This document shows, in pieces, positions 37,767 to 46,446 of a stretch of 64,000 nt of DNA. The translations under genes and the position numbers were made by a program. The notes beneath the pieces are model-generated. The model saw nothing but the letters and a program-made list of their open reading frames with translations. It did not search any database and was not told where the DNA came from. Every line of letters begins with the position of its first letter. The stretch's first letter is position 1. The stretch covers positions 1-64,000 of the IMG/VR virus record IMGVR_UViG_3300034111_001103; one strand, written 5' to 3'. This DNA comes from a virus.

Positions 37767-38279
37767 ATGAACGAACAAAACAAACATTGGAGAGATGTGT
37801 ATAAATCTGACTACTTAGCTAGTTGGGACTTAGACAAAAAAGCTACACTAACTATTAAGGAGTGCAAAGCTGAAATGTGCAAACTTTCAAAAGGCAAAGA
37901 ATTAAAAGTAGTTGCATACTTTGAAGAGTTAGAAATGGCAAACAGAGTAAAAGTAAAACCTATGATTTTAAACCCTACAAATTGCAAGTTCATACAGGGT
38001 CGCACAAATTTACCAAAATATGCAGATTGGAGCGGATTATTAGTAGATATTTCAGTAGAAGAAAATAAAGGTGGTATTGGTGAAAAGTTTGGATTAAGAA
38101 TTGTAAATGTAGAATTTAAAGACAAGTCTAGAAAATTACTACCAGAGCTTAAATTTGAAACTCCACAATACAAACAAACGTACGAAAAGATATTAGCTGG
38201 TACTGTTACTATTGCAAAAGTAAAAGAATTTTACACACTAAGTAGTGAAGTTGAAAATGCTCTAAAATCTATAAAATAA
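37767..38279 (+). CDS. Putative ssDNA-binding/annealing protein
   Basis: KPMILNPTN...WSG..V...GLRI motif; coupled to exonuclease. Confidence 0.5.
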   Translation: MNEQNKHWRDVYKSDYLASWDLDKKATLTIKECKAEMCKLSKGKELKVVAYFEELEMANRVKVKPMILNPTNCKFIQGRTNLPKYADWSGLLVDISVEENKGGIGEKFGLRIVNVEFKDKSRKLLPELKFETPQYKQTYEKILAGTVTIAKVKEFYTLSSEVENALKSIK

Positions 38280-38896
38280 TGTTAGCAGAACAAAGATTTG
38301 GAAAATTTACTGCATCTGAAAATTGGAAGTTGCTAGTAAGTGGCAAAAATAAAGGTGATGTATTTGGCGAAACAGCAAAAACTTACATTAAAGAAAAGGC
38401 AGTTGAAATATTAACACAAAGACGAAAAGAAAGTTTTTCATCACGTGCTACCGATTGGGGCAATGAATATGAATATAAAGCCGTTCAAGAATACAATAGA
38501 TTTAATTTTGTAGATGTTGAATACTTTGGAAGTACAAATCCTAAGTTTTTTACTTGTCCTGAATTTGAGCAGTATGCAGGTGGCAGTCCAGACTTTTTAG
38601 CAGGGGCAACAGTTGGCGAAGTTAAGTGTCCATACGATAGTGTTAATCATTTAGACAACTTACTACTAAGAAATGTAGATGAATTTAAAAAATTGCATAA
38701 AGAATATTACACTCAAATACAATTTAACATCCATTGCACAGGCTCGGAAGTAGGACACTTTGTAAGCTATGATTGGAGATTTCAAGATGAAAAGCAACTA
38801 TTCATTTTAGAAATACCAAAAGACAAAGAACACATAGAATTGATACTTGATAGGCTAAAAATAGCTATTGATAATTTGAATGAATTGATAAATTAA
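38279..38896 (+). CDS. YqaJ/lambda-type exonuclease
   Basis: RFGKFTASE, WGNEYE, GSPD, EVKCP, YYTQIQ. Confidence 0.9.
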   Translation: MLAEQRFGKFTASENWKLLVSGKNKGDVFGETAKTYIKEKAVEILTQRRKESFSSRATDWGNEYEYKAVQEYNRFNFVDVEYFGSTNPKFFTCPEFEQYAGGSPDFLAGATVGEVKCPYDSVNHLDNLLLRNVDEFKKLHKEYYTQIQFNIHCTGSEVGHFVSYDWRFQDEKQLFILEIPKDKEHIELILDRLKIAIDNLNELIN

Positions 38897-39124
38897 ATGC
38901 AAATAAAAGTAAGCCACAAATTAGATGGTATAGAAGAATACGATGTAGAAAAGTTTTATAAATCAGAAAAAGAACTTATATCTATTATTAAAAAAGCTAT
39001 TAAAAGCGGAGTAAGTCCACAAGTAGGCAATAGATTAATAACTAATGATGATGGAAATATTTATGAAATAACTTCAATACTTTTTGGAAATTACATAATT
39101 TATGATTTAATAGATGTAAATTGA
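38897..39124 (+). CDS. Hypothetical protein
   Basis: ORF in operon. Confidence 0.5.
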   Translation: MQIKVSHKLDGIEEYDVEKFYKSEKELISIIKKAIKSGVSPQVGNRLITNDDGNIYEITSILFGNYIIYDLIDVN

Positions 39125-39552
39125 AATACACATCAACTATAAGATTAGACAATGGAGTTTTAAAGCTCGTAAACAAAGCTGAAATGCTTAAATTTGCATT
39201 ATCTTTGAATTGTAAGGAGTTTGCATTTACTTTGGAAAAGAAACGAAGTAAACGAAGCAATGAACAGAATAGATATTATTGGGGTGTAGTAGTTCCACTA
39301 GTAAAACAAGGTCTTACAGAATTAGGGAATGTAGTTAGTTTAGAAAGTACGCATGATTTTATAAAATCTGAATTTAACTATAAAGAAATTGTAAATGAAA
39401 CGACTGGTGAAGTAAAAAAGTTGCCTAATAGTACAACACAACTAAACAAAACAGAGTTTAGTGAAATGATTGAACGAGTTAAAATATGGAGTGCTGAATG
39501 GTGCAATATTTATATACCAGATGCAGGAGAACAAATAAGTTTTGAATTATGA
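39121..39552 (+). CDS. NinB/Orf-like recombination mediator
   Basis: KRSNEQNRYYWG...STTQLNKTEFSEMIERV. Confidence 0.8.
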   Translation: MKYTSTIRLDNGVLKLVNKAEMLKFALSLNCKEFAFTLEKKRSKRSNEQNRYYWGVVVPLVKQGLTELGNVVSLESTHDFIKSEFNYKEIVNETTGEVKKLPNSTTQLNKTEFSEMIERVKIWSAEWCNIYIPDAGEQISFEL

Positions 39553-40178
39553 TAACAATATTCTCATACCAACGCAAAGAAATGCTTACTAATTTACTTA
39601 GTGAGTTAGAAAAATATGAACCTATTATATTAGATGATGGTAGTGATTTTAAATTAGAATCATCAAACTTTCATCAATTTGAGCATGGTGGTAAAGAAAA
39701 TTTCTATAAACTTTGGCAATTTGCATTTAGTGAAGCACAAAAAAGCAATGATGATTTTTTTATGTTTTTACCTAGTGATTTTAGCAATATTGACTTATAT
39801 AGAATTTATGATTACTACAATCAATTAAGGCATGAATCTTTTGTTTGTAATATTATAAATGATAATCGTAAATCTTGCTGGGGGTCGTACCATCCTATGA
39901 AATACAATAGCGAATTAAATAGAGTTTTCTTTACTGATTGCGGATTTTTCTGTAATAGATTAGCACTCGAAAAAATAGACTTCCATATAAAAGAAGTACC
40001 AAAAAGTAGATTTAATAGAACTAATATATCAAGTGGAGTAGGTCAATACTTAACTTATATATTTAATAAAAAAAATGTAAAGATATACACTCCTATAAGC
40101 TCATTAGCTTTTCATGGTGAGCATGAAAGTTTAATGCACCCAGAGGAACGAATTAAAACACCATTAATAAGTAAATGA
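39549..40178 (+). CDS. Glycosyltransferase (GT-A/family 2-like)
   Basis: IFSYQR..ML..LL, IILDDGS, FMFLPSD. Confidence 0.75.
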   Translation: MITIFSYQRKEMLTNLLSELEKYEPIILDDGSDFKLESSNFHQFEHGGKENFYKLWQFAFSEAQKSNDDFFMFLPSDFSNIDLYRIYDYYNQLRHESFVCNIINDNRKSCWGSYHPMKYNSELNRVFFTDCGFFCNRLALEKIDFHIKEVPKSRFNRTNISSGVGQYLTYIFNKKNVKIYTPISSLAFHGEHESLMHPEERIKTPLISK

Positions 40179-40417
40179 AAAAAAGAGATTTAAAAGAAAT
40201 AAAAAAACTTGCCGATAATTTACCACCTAGTAAATCATTGCAAAAATTTTCTGTAATTTTAAATGGCAAAAAAGAATATAAGTTTAGGCTTGTAGATATA
40301 GACCATTATAGTAGATTAAAACACGCTCATTCAACTAATAAACAAACAGGTATGCAAGATTACATAATTTGGTTAAAAGCTAATAATGAAAAGATAAATA
40401 AAATGTTTAATCAATGA
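40175..40417 (+). CDS. Hypothetical protein
   Basis: ATGA-coupled between the two GTs. Confidence 0.55.
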   Translation: MKKRDLKEIKKLADNLPPSKSLQKFSVILNGKKEYKFRLVDIDHYSRLKHAHSTNKQTGMQDYIIWLKANNEKINKMFNQ

Positions 40418-41040
40418 AAATAATAGTAGGCATTGCCACAATGAACGGACGTGAAGAGCAATTAAAAGAAACTTTTGAAAGTCTTTGCCCTTATGTTGAT
40501 GAAATAAACATTTACCACAACGGAATAGAACCAATAGATTATACAGATAATGCTAAGTTTGAAAGCCTACAAAGATACAATGAACCGATTTATTTTTTTT
40601 CATGTGATGATGATATAATATATCCAAAAGACTATATAAGTAAAACTATTGAATTAATAGAAGAGTATAAATGTATCATAACTTATCATGGTAGAATTTT
40701 AAAAGGAAAAGGATTAAACTACTACAAAGGACATCAAGCGTTTCATTGCAAAGGTGCTAATTATGTAAATAGATATATTGATGTAACAGGAACTGGTGTA
40801 AGTGCTTTTAGAACTGATTATTTTAATCCAATAGAAATTTATAAAAGCAAATACAAAAGAATGTTTGATTTGGTATTTAGTTTAGAAGCTAAAAAACAAG
40901 GCAAAAAAATATTATTAGGTAAGCACGATGCAAATTGGATTAAAGTCCAAAATATTCCACTAGAAAAAACTATTTATGGTATGGAAGTCAAAGACTGCTC
41001 AATGCAAAATAGTTTAGCAGATGAAATATTAAGGTTTTAA
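40414..41040 (+). CDS. Glycosyltransferase (GT-A/family 2-like)
   Basis: IATMNGREEQL, FFSCDDDIIYP, GTGVSAF. Confidence 0.8.
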   Translation: MKIIVGIATMNGREEQLKETFESLCPYVDEINIYHNGIEPIDYTDNAKFESLQRYNEPIYFFSCDDDIIYPKDYISKTIELIEEYKCIITYHGRILKGKGLNYYKGHQAFHCKGANYVNRYIDVTGTGVSAFRTDYFNPIEIYKSKYKRMFDLVFSLEAKKQGKKILLGKHDANWIKVQNIPLEKTIYGMEVKDCSMQNSLADEILRF

Positions 41041-42126
41041 TTTTAAGAAAACACCCCATGCACTATCACCACTATTTGCTAAAGTTATAGAAACTACCAA
41101 ATATTTATTTGTTGTAAAATCTGGTGTAATTGTAGATGGAGATGTAGTAGATGAAACACCTACATCTATTAGTGATGTAGAACTTGTTGGCAATATTTTA
41201 GTACCTGCACCTGTACCATCTTTCTTTTTAATATTGATGTATCTTTGAGCTGTTGCATTTTTAGTAGTAGCCCCTAATGCAGCACTTTGAAAAACTAATA
41301 TAGGACTGCCAGATAAATTAGGAGTAGAATTTATGTACATTTTTAATGTTACAGTTCCTGCACTACCTGTCTTTTCTATTTTAAAACTTGCATCCAAACT
41401 TAAATCATCTTTAATTAAGGAACTTGATATTAGTTCTGCATAAGTAACAGTTTCAGATGTTGTGCCTGTTACTATTGTGCCATCTGCACCTTGATTAATA
41501 ATAGGCAATAAATAATCTAATCCTAAATTTGTTCTAGCAGTTGTAGCACTTGCTAAATCGCTTAGATTATTAGCTTTTAATAAAGCTAGTCCTGTTGCTT
41601 CATATAGTGTATCAAAATAAGTTTTTAGAAAAGATTTAACATTTGCAAAAGTAACTTTCTTTTGTTTATTAGTGTCTGCTGTATCTACAATATTTATTAA
41701 GTCTGCATCTAATGGAGTTGTTTTTGCAGTTAATCCGTTTGCAAAAGCTCCAAAATTAACATCTGTTAAATCATCTTGCTTACCATCTAAAGCAGTTTGT
41801 AAATCTGTTTGGTCTGCTAAAATTCCTGTAATATCACCCCATATAGCAGAACCACCTCCACCTCCACCACATTCACACCTGCAATCTGTTCTTAATCCTA
41901 CTAAATAAGTATATAATAAATCAAATGTAGTGTAAGTACCACCATTAATCAAAGTAACATCATCTAATTTTATTTCATAGGTATTTCTATAATCCTTAAT
42001 AGTAAAAGTATATTCACTATATGCAAATGTTGTTTCAGTTGCATTAAATTCAGCAATTACATTACCATTACTGTCTTTTAAAACTAAAAGACAATCCGAT
42101 TTACTTATGTCGGTTACTATACACAT
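41029..42126 (-). CDS. Fibre protein (anchor domain + poly-Gly + fibre body)
   Basis: CRCECGGGGGGS linker; WGDITG..QTDLQTALDGKQ and NNLSDLASATTARTNLGL fibre motifs. Confidence 0.75.
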   Translation of the reverse strand: MCIVTDISKSDCLLVLKDSNGNVIAEFNATETTFAYSEYTFTIKDYRNTYEIKLDDVTLINGGTYTTFDLLYTYLVGLRTDCRCECGGGGGGSAIWGDITGILADQTDLQTALDGKQDDLTDVNFGAFANGLTAKTTPLDADLINIVDTADTNKQKKVTFANVKSFLKTYFDTLYEATGLALLKANNLSDLASATTARTNLGLDYLLPIINQGADGTIVTGTTSETVTYAELISSSLIKDDLSLDASFKIEKTGSAGTVTLKMYINSTPNLSGSPILVFQSAALGATTKNATAQRYINIKKKDGTGAGTKILPTSSTSLIDVGVSSTTSPSTITPDFTTNKYLVVSITLANSGDSAWGVFLKLKP

Positions 42127-42302
42127 TATTTACCTGAAACATTAAAATCTTTTGCAACTACTCCTAATACTGCAATTGATACAGCTATTATTAATTGTGC
42201 TACTTGTTCTTTGCTACCTGTAAATCCTTCCGAAATAAATGTTTGAGCTACTAATAAGCCTGATGCTATTGCACCTATTAATGTCGTTTTCCAATTTTTC
42301 AT
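42126..42302 (-). CDS. Holin (58 aa, 2 TM)
   Basis: MKNWKTTLIGAI...LGVVAKDFNVSGK; coupled to both neighbours; not in ORF track. Confidence 0.75.
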   Translation of the reverse strand: MKNWKTTLIGAIASGLLVAQTFISEGFTGSKEQVAQLIIAVSIAVLGVVAKDFNVSGK

Positions 42303-42667
42303 AATTTATTTTTTTTAATGTTATTAAATGATTTTAACCTTTTTTTATTTTGTTTTAAATTTTCAAATTCACTATTTACAATTTGTTCAACTTGTTCAGC
42401 ATTGTAATCATCTTTTAATATTAATATATATTGATTAATTACATCTTTTTGAGAATATTTTTTTAAATCAGTTCTTATATTTTTTCTTATTAAATTATCT
42501 TTTTTTATTTCTTTTCTAGTTGCATCTTTTTTTGCTTCTACAATTTGAACTGGAGTACGAATTTCTTGTTTTTTTTCTATAACTGGCACTAATTCCTTAG
42601 TCGTGTCTGAAACGCTAGAAATTGACTTAAAAAACTGAATTATTAATTCAATAATTGATTGCCACAT
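42299..42667 (-). CDS. Hypothetical protein in lysis cluster
   Basis: Amphipathic N-terminus, basic. Confidence 0.5.
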   Translation of the reverse strand: MWQSIIELIIQFFKSISSVSDTTKELVPVIEKKQEIRTPVQIVEAKKDATRKEIKKDNLIRKNIRTDLKKYSQKDVINQYILILKDDYNAEQVEQIVNSEFENLKQNKKRLKSFNNIKKNKL

Positions 42668-42912
42668 TTTTTTTCTTCTTTTAATTCAGGTTCTTCACTT
42701 TTATTTATGAAAAGATAGCTAAAAAAATTAATTGGATTAATGTCATCTTTTGCAATGCCAAGTTTATTATTTATTACTGCAACTTGACTTTCTAGCTTAT
42801 TTGTCTTTTCTACATATTTGTCAATTTTGAAATAAGTTTGACTTGTAAAAAAGCAAACAATAGTAAACATTATTCCTGTTATTGTCTTATAAAAAAAATC
42901 TTGGTTTTTCAT
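42643..42912 (-). CDS. Single-TM coiled-coil protein (lysis accessory candidate)
   Basis: TITGIMFTIVCFF TM then coiled coil. Confidence 0.5.
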   Translation of the reverse strand: MKNQDFFYKTITGIMFTIVCFFTSQTYFKIDKYVEKTNKLESQVAVINNKLGIAKDDINPINFFSYLFINKSEEPELKEEKKCGNQLLN

Positions 42913-42937
42913 ACAAAATTAAAAATATTTTATGGCT

Positions 42938-43762
42938 TTAAAGTTTATACCAATTAGTTCCGTCTGTTACAAATTCAAATGCTTTATCATTTCCTGTATA
43001 ATCATAATGAGTAGCACCATCAATATTGCTCCCAGATTGTGGATTAATTATAATATTATGATTTTTTGATTTTCTTTTTATAATAATTCTTGCAGTCATG
43101 CCATTAAAAAACATTTCAGATGCAATTGGCAAAGTTATAGTTTTGCTTGATGCAGAATTATCAACGATTGTAATCGATGCACAACTAGAAGCATTTAATG
43201 TAGTATTAGAGTTTATAACCTCAATAGATGTTGCATAGAATCCATTTACTTGTAATTTTGCTTCATTTGTAGTAGTTTCAAAGTTATCTATTCCAATAGC
43301 AGTTTTACCATTTTTAAGGATTGTAAATGCGTCTGATGGATTGCCACTTCCACCATTACCTACTACTAATAATCTATCTGTTGGCTCAAATGAAGTTGCG
43401 GATATTGGAGTATAGTCTGTATTTAAAGAACCTAATGATGTTTCTGAAAATGATTTTGCAGTTGTTTCAGTCCCCATTGCAGTAGAATAATCCCCACTAG
43501 CAATAGCACCTAGACCACTCATAGCTATACTATTTAATCCTGCAGCACTTTGAGGAGTAAAAGTTCCTGCATCATAGTTTTCAGAATATAGGTAATAAGA
43601 ACCTCCTCCTCCATTATTAACCCATTCTCCTTGTTGATTTAAAACAAGATCAGGATCTCCAGTAGTACTAGATATACCAAGACAAGCTCGAAGATAGCAA
43701 CAAAGTTTATTCCATCTACTTTCTAGTTTTTTTACTCTACTTTCTAATTCAAATAATCCCAT
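42938..43762 (-). CDS. Fibre protein with YadA/Hep-Hag-like head repeats; hybrid across the A/B junction
   Basis: ASGDYSTAMGTETTAKS, DRLLVVGNG..SDAFTILKNG; N-terminal ~54 aa differs from the 1..517 copy. Confidence 0.8.
   Translation of the reverse strand: MGLFELESRVKKLESRWNKLCCYLRACLGISSTTGDPDLVLNQQGEWVNNGGGGSYYLYSENYDAGTFTPQSAAGLNSIAMSGLGAIASGDYSTAMGTETTAKSFSETSLGSLNTDYTPISATSFEPTDRLLVVGNGGSGNPSDAFTILKNGKTAIGIDNFETTTNEAKLQVNGFYATSIEVINSNTTLNASSCASITIVDNSASSKTITLPIASEMFFNGMTARIIIKRKSKNHNIIINPQSGSNIDGATHYDYTGNDKAFEFVTDGTNWYKL
43351..43609 (+). repeat. Direct repeat copy 2 (partner 1-259); junction between phage A and phage B
   Basis: Same alignment, offset 43,350 bp. Confidence 0.97.
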
Positions 43763-43802
43763 ATTATTATAATTCTATATTTTTTATTTATTGTTTGATT
43801 TG

Positions 43803-43840
43803 AAAAACTACTCCCTCCCTTTTTAGGGGGAGGATTGTAG
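43803..43840 (-). terminator. Intrinsic terminator
   Basis: CCTCCCT-TTTT-AGGGGGAGG stem with T-run on the minus strand. Confidence 0.6.
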
Positions 43841-43883
43841 AAAAACTCACTGAAACCAAAAAACAGGAAGTTTTGTAAAATTT

Positions 43884-44819
43884 TTATATTACTCTTTCCA
43901 CTATTAGAGAAAGGATACCCTTTCCTCCTACAGTTGTTTTAGCAGCTAAACACATTATTGTATCATCTGCTACAAAATCCCAAGTAGATGGAGTAAATGT
44001 TAGAGAAACAGTATCATTTACAGCACTAGATAAAGGTACAGTTAAAATACCCATAGATGTAAAAGGAGAGGTGTTGTATTTAAAATTAATAGTCCCATTA
44101 TCTGTAGCAGATAAAACTTTTGTAACACAGAAGTAAGCTTCTTTCATAAAACCAGCAAAAGGTAGTTTTATAATATTAGCACTTTGTTCCCCTGATTCAA
44201 AAGAAATTGGGATATTTATTACTTCATATAAAGAAGATAATACAAAAGCAGATTTATTTATAGTGGTAACAGTAGTACCATTGCCTATAGGAATTTCATT
44301 GTTTGCTAAAGCTAAATCAGCTGGATTTCCTGAAGCATCTCCTATCTTAACAGAAGAAACTGTCATTGTAGCTAATTTGGCATTAGTTACTGAATCATCA
44401 GCTAAACTAGAAGTAGAGATAGCACCAGGAGCAATCTTAGAAGAAGTAATAGCATTGTTCTGTATATTAGAGGTAGAAACAATATTACTATCATCAAAAG
44501 AAGATTGAATATCTACATCCCAAGTGGAACCATTATAAGTACATAGTATTTCTTGAGAGTTAAGAGCTTGAGGAGCTGTTAGAGCTTGACCAAATATTGT
44601 TACAGATGTAGAGTTAGTAGTTATATCTAGTATAGCTTTATAGTTAAAAACATAAGTTAGACCTGTGATGGCTGTATTTATAGGAGCTATAGTAACATTA
44701 GAAATCATTGTAGCTGTTCCTATTATGTTATATATTTCTGTAGAGGCTGTAGTATCTAAAGTGAAAGAACCTCCAGATGCTGTTATAGTTATTGTATCTT
44801 GTACTTTTAAAAAAGGCAT
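43884..44819 (-). CDS. Fibre protein (phage B)
   Basis: NAITSSKIAPGAISTSSLADDSVTNAKLA decapeptide repeats, Ser/Thr-rich. Confidence 0.7.
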   Translation of the reverse strand: MPFLKVQDTITITASGGSFTLDTTASTEIYNIIGTATMISNVTIAPINTAITGLTYVFNYKAILDITTNSTSVTIFGQALTAPQALNSQEILCTYNGSTWDVDIQSSFDDSNIVSTSNIQNNAITSSKIAPGAISTSSLADDSVTNAKLATMTVSSVKIGDASGNPADLALANNEIPIGNGTTVTTINKSAFVLSSLYEVINIPISFESGEQSANIIKLPFAGFMKEAYFCVTKVLSATDNGTINFKYNTSPFTSMGILTVPLSSAVNDTVSLTFTPSTWDFVADDTIMCLAAKTTVGGKGILSLIVERVI

Positions 44820-44820
44820 A

Positions 44821-45777
44821 TTATATTTTTTTAAGTAATTCTATTCTAAATAAATCATTTTTAGCAGGGACTGCAACAGTAGAACCAGTACATTGTGCTT
44901 GTATATTTAAAGTAGTCCAATCTATTGTGTCATAGAAACTATAAGTATGTGCTACTTGTTGAGTTGTGTAAGAAGTTACATTGTTAGGAGTATAAGTTAA
45001 ATTTGTTTCTCCTAGTGTTTTATGTACAGTTCCTGTGATTAGAGCATTGTTGGAACCTGATAAAGCAACTACATTTATGTCTAAATCAAAAAGAAAAGAG
45101 TAAGCTTCAGTATCTTGTCCATCATTTCTACCAGATAAGTTTGTGCCAGAAGAAAGTAATATTGAACAAAACCCAGTACTACCAAAATCCTTTATAGTAG
45201 GTAATTGAAAACTAGATCTTACTTTAATTACATCTCCTACTGCTAAAGAGTAAGTTGTTATGTAGTTAGCTAAAAAAGACTTAGTAGTTGCTAAAGTAGC
45301 AGCATTAGGTCTAGTTAAAGGAGCATTATTAGCATATATAACTCCAGATAAAGCTAAGTTTGAAATAGTATCACAACAATCTTCTATAGCTGTAACTCTT
45401 GTATCTAAATCTCCTATTAAAAGAAGATTTGTTTGGTCTCCAGAAGTTATAGTATTCTGAAGATGTACAAAAGTAGAATTAATGTAATCTTGATAAACAT
45501 CAGCTATATCTACATAATAAGTAGTTGTAGTTCCAGAAGTAGCTGAAGTTACTGTTATTTTAGTAGGATCAGCAGAAGCTACTACTGTAGTAGTCACTCC
45601 ACTAGGACTATTAGTACAGATAAAATCATTTATTCTACTTAAAATAACTTCTAAAGAATCTCCACTAACAGCAGGAATACAATCTAAAGTTTCTGACTTA
45701 TAAAAAATGCATTGGGCATCTAGCTGTATTTCACAACCACATTGATTTAAAGAAGTATTTTCACAACCACAAGCCAT
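44821..45777 (-). CDS. Cys-rich tail fibre protein
   Basis: MACGCEN...; N-domain shared with the next two genes; coiled coil DLDTRVTAIEDCC. Confidence 0.65.
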   Translation of the reverse strand: MACGCENTSLNQCGCEIQLDAQCIFYKSETLDCIPAVSGDSLEVILSRINDFICTNSPSGVTTTVVASADPTKITVTSATSGTTTTYYVDIADVYQDYINSTFVHLQNTITSGDQTNLLLIGDLDTRVTAIEDCCDTISNLALSGVIYANNAPLTRPNAATLATTKSFLANYITTYSLAVGDVIKVRSSFQLPTIKDFGSTGFCSILLSSGTNLSGRNDGQDTEAYSFLFDLDINVVALSGSNNALITGTVHKTLGETNLTYTPNNVTSYTTQQVAHTYSFYDTIDWTTLNIQAQCTGSTVAVPAKNDLFRIELLKKI

Positions 45778-45798
45778 ATTATTAATTTTTTTTATATT

Positions 45799-46428
45799 TT
45801 AATTTGTTTCTATTGAAAAACCATCTAAAGAGAATCTAAAATTACCTATGGGAGATGCTTCTCCTGTAGATTCATATCTTACTCCTGGAATAAATACTCC
45901 TGTTGAGGGAATAGATATGACTGCATTTAACCAATTAGATACATCATAACCTGTTATATTTGGAAATCTAAAAGCACAAGAATGAAATTCTCTAGTTAAA
46001 AGAGGTCTTATTGTAGAAGGTAATGTTAGAGGAGAAGAGTTATTAGTTGGATCAGGATTTGCTACAAAAGTATTATTGTTACAAATTCCTCTAAAATGTA
46101 CTTTACCTATTATAGAAGGATCTAAAGCATATTGAGGTTTTTGGAAACCTGAAGGAACAGTCCATCCTTCATTTAAAGTTAAATCTACCCAAGTTAAACT
46201 TTCTGTTGCAGGTCTGTTACAAATATAGTCTAACATCAATTCTGCAAATTCTTGCATATTATCTGGTATACTAGATAAACAAGATTCAGGTACAGTTAAA
46301 GATACACATTTTGCTTGTACAACATTTACACAATCAAATTCATCAGGACAATCTGTACAATTAGGTTGACCTATTCTAGTACCTTGATTATTATATATTG
46401 GAGTTCCTCCACAATTAGTTGATGACAT
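45799..46428 (-). CDS. Cys-rich tail fibre protein with receptor-binding-like C-terminus
   Basis: WVDLTLNEGW...GKVHFRG...LPSTIRP...FSLDGFS. Confidence 0.7.
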   Translation of the reverse strand: MSSTNCGGTPIYNNQGTRIGQPNCTDCPDEFDCVNVVQAKCVSLTVPESCLSSIPDNMQEFAELMLDYICNRPATESLTWVDLTLNEGWTVPSGFQKPQYALDPSIIGKVHFRGICNNNTFVANPDPTNNSSPLTLPSTIRPLLTREFHSCAFRFPNITGYDVSNWLNAVISIPSTGVFIPGVRYESTGEASPIGNFRFSLDGFSIETN

Positions 46429-46446
46429 ATTTATTTATTTTTTGTA

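Larger units (their letters stand above)
1..43350. mobile_element. Phage A: apparently complete circularisable siphovirus-like Bacteroidota phage genome (~43.35 kb)
   Basis: TerS/TerL, portal, MCP, scaffold, tail tube, tape measure, replication, recombination and lysis genes present; bases 1-121 repeat exactly at 43351-43471 so the segment closes in frame within one fibre gene; many TAnnTTTG Bacteroidota promoters. Confidence 0.85.

Noticed and set aside
1-43471. attL/attR of an integrated prophage
   Set aside because: The repeat is inside a fibre gene, no integrase is seen, and the flank is another phage rather than a host chromosome.
1-43609. Diversity-generating retroelement (TR/VR pair) for the 1-259 / 43351-43609 repeat
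   Set aside because: Mismatches are not adenine-specific on either strand (C/T and T/G changes present), the repeat is mid-gene, and no reverse transcriptase is in the window.
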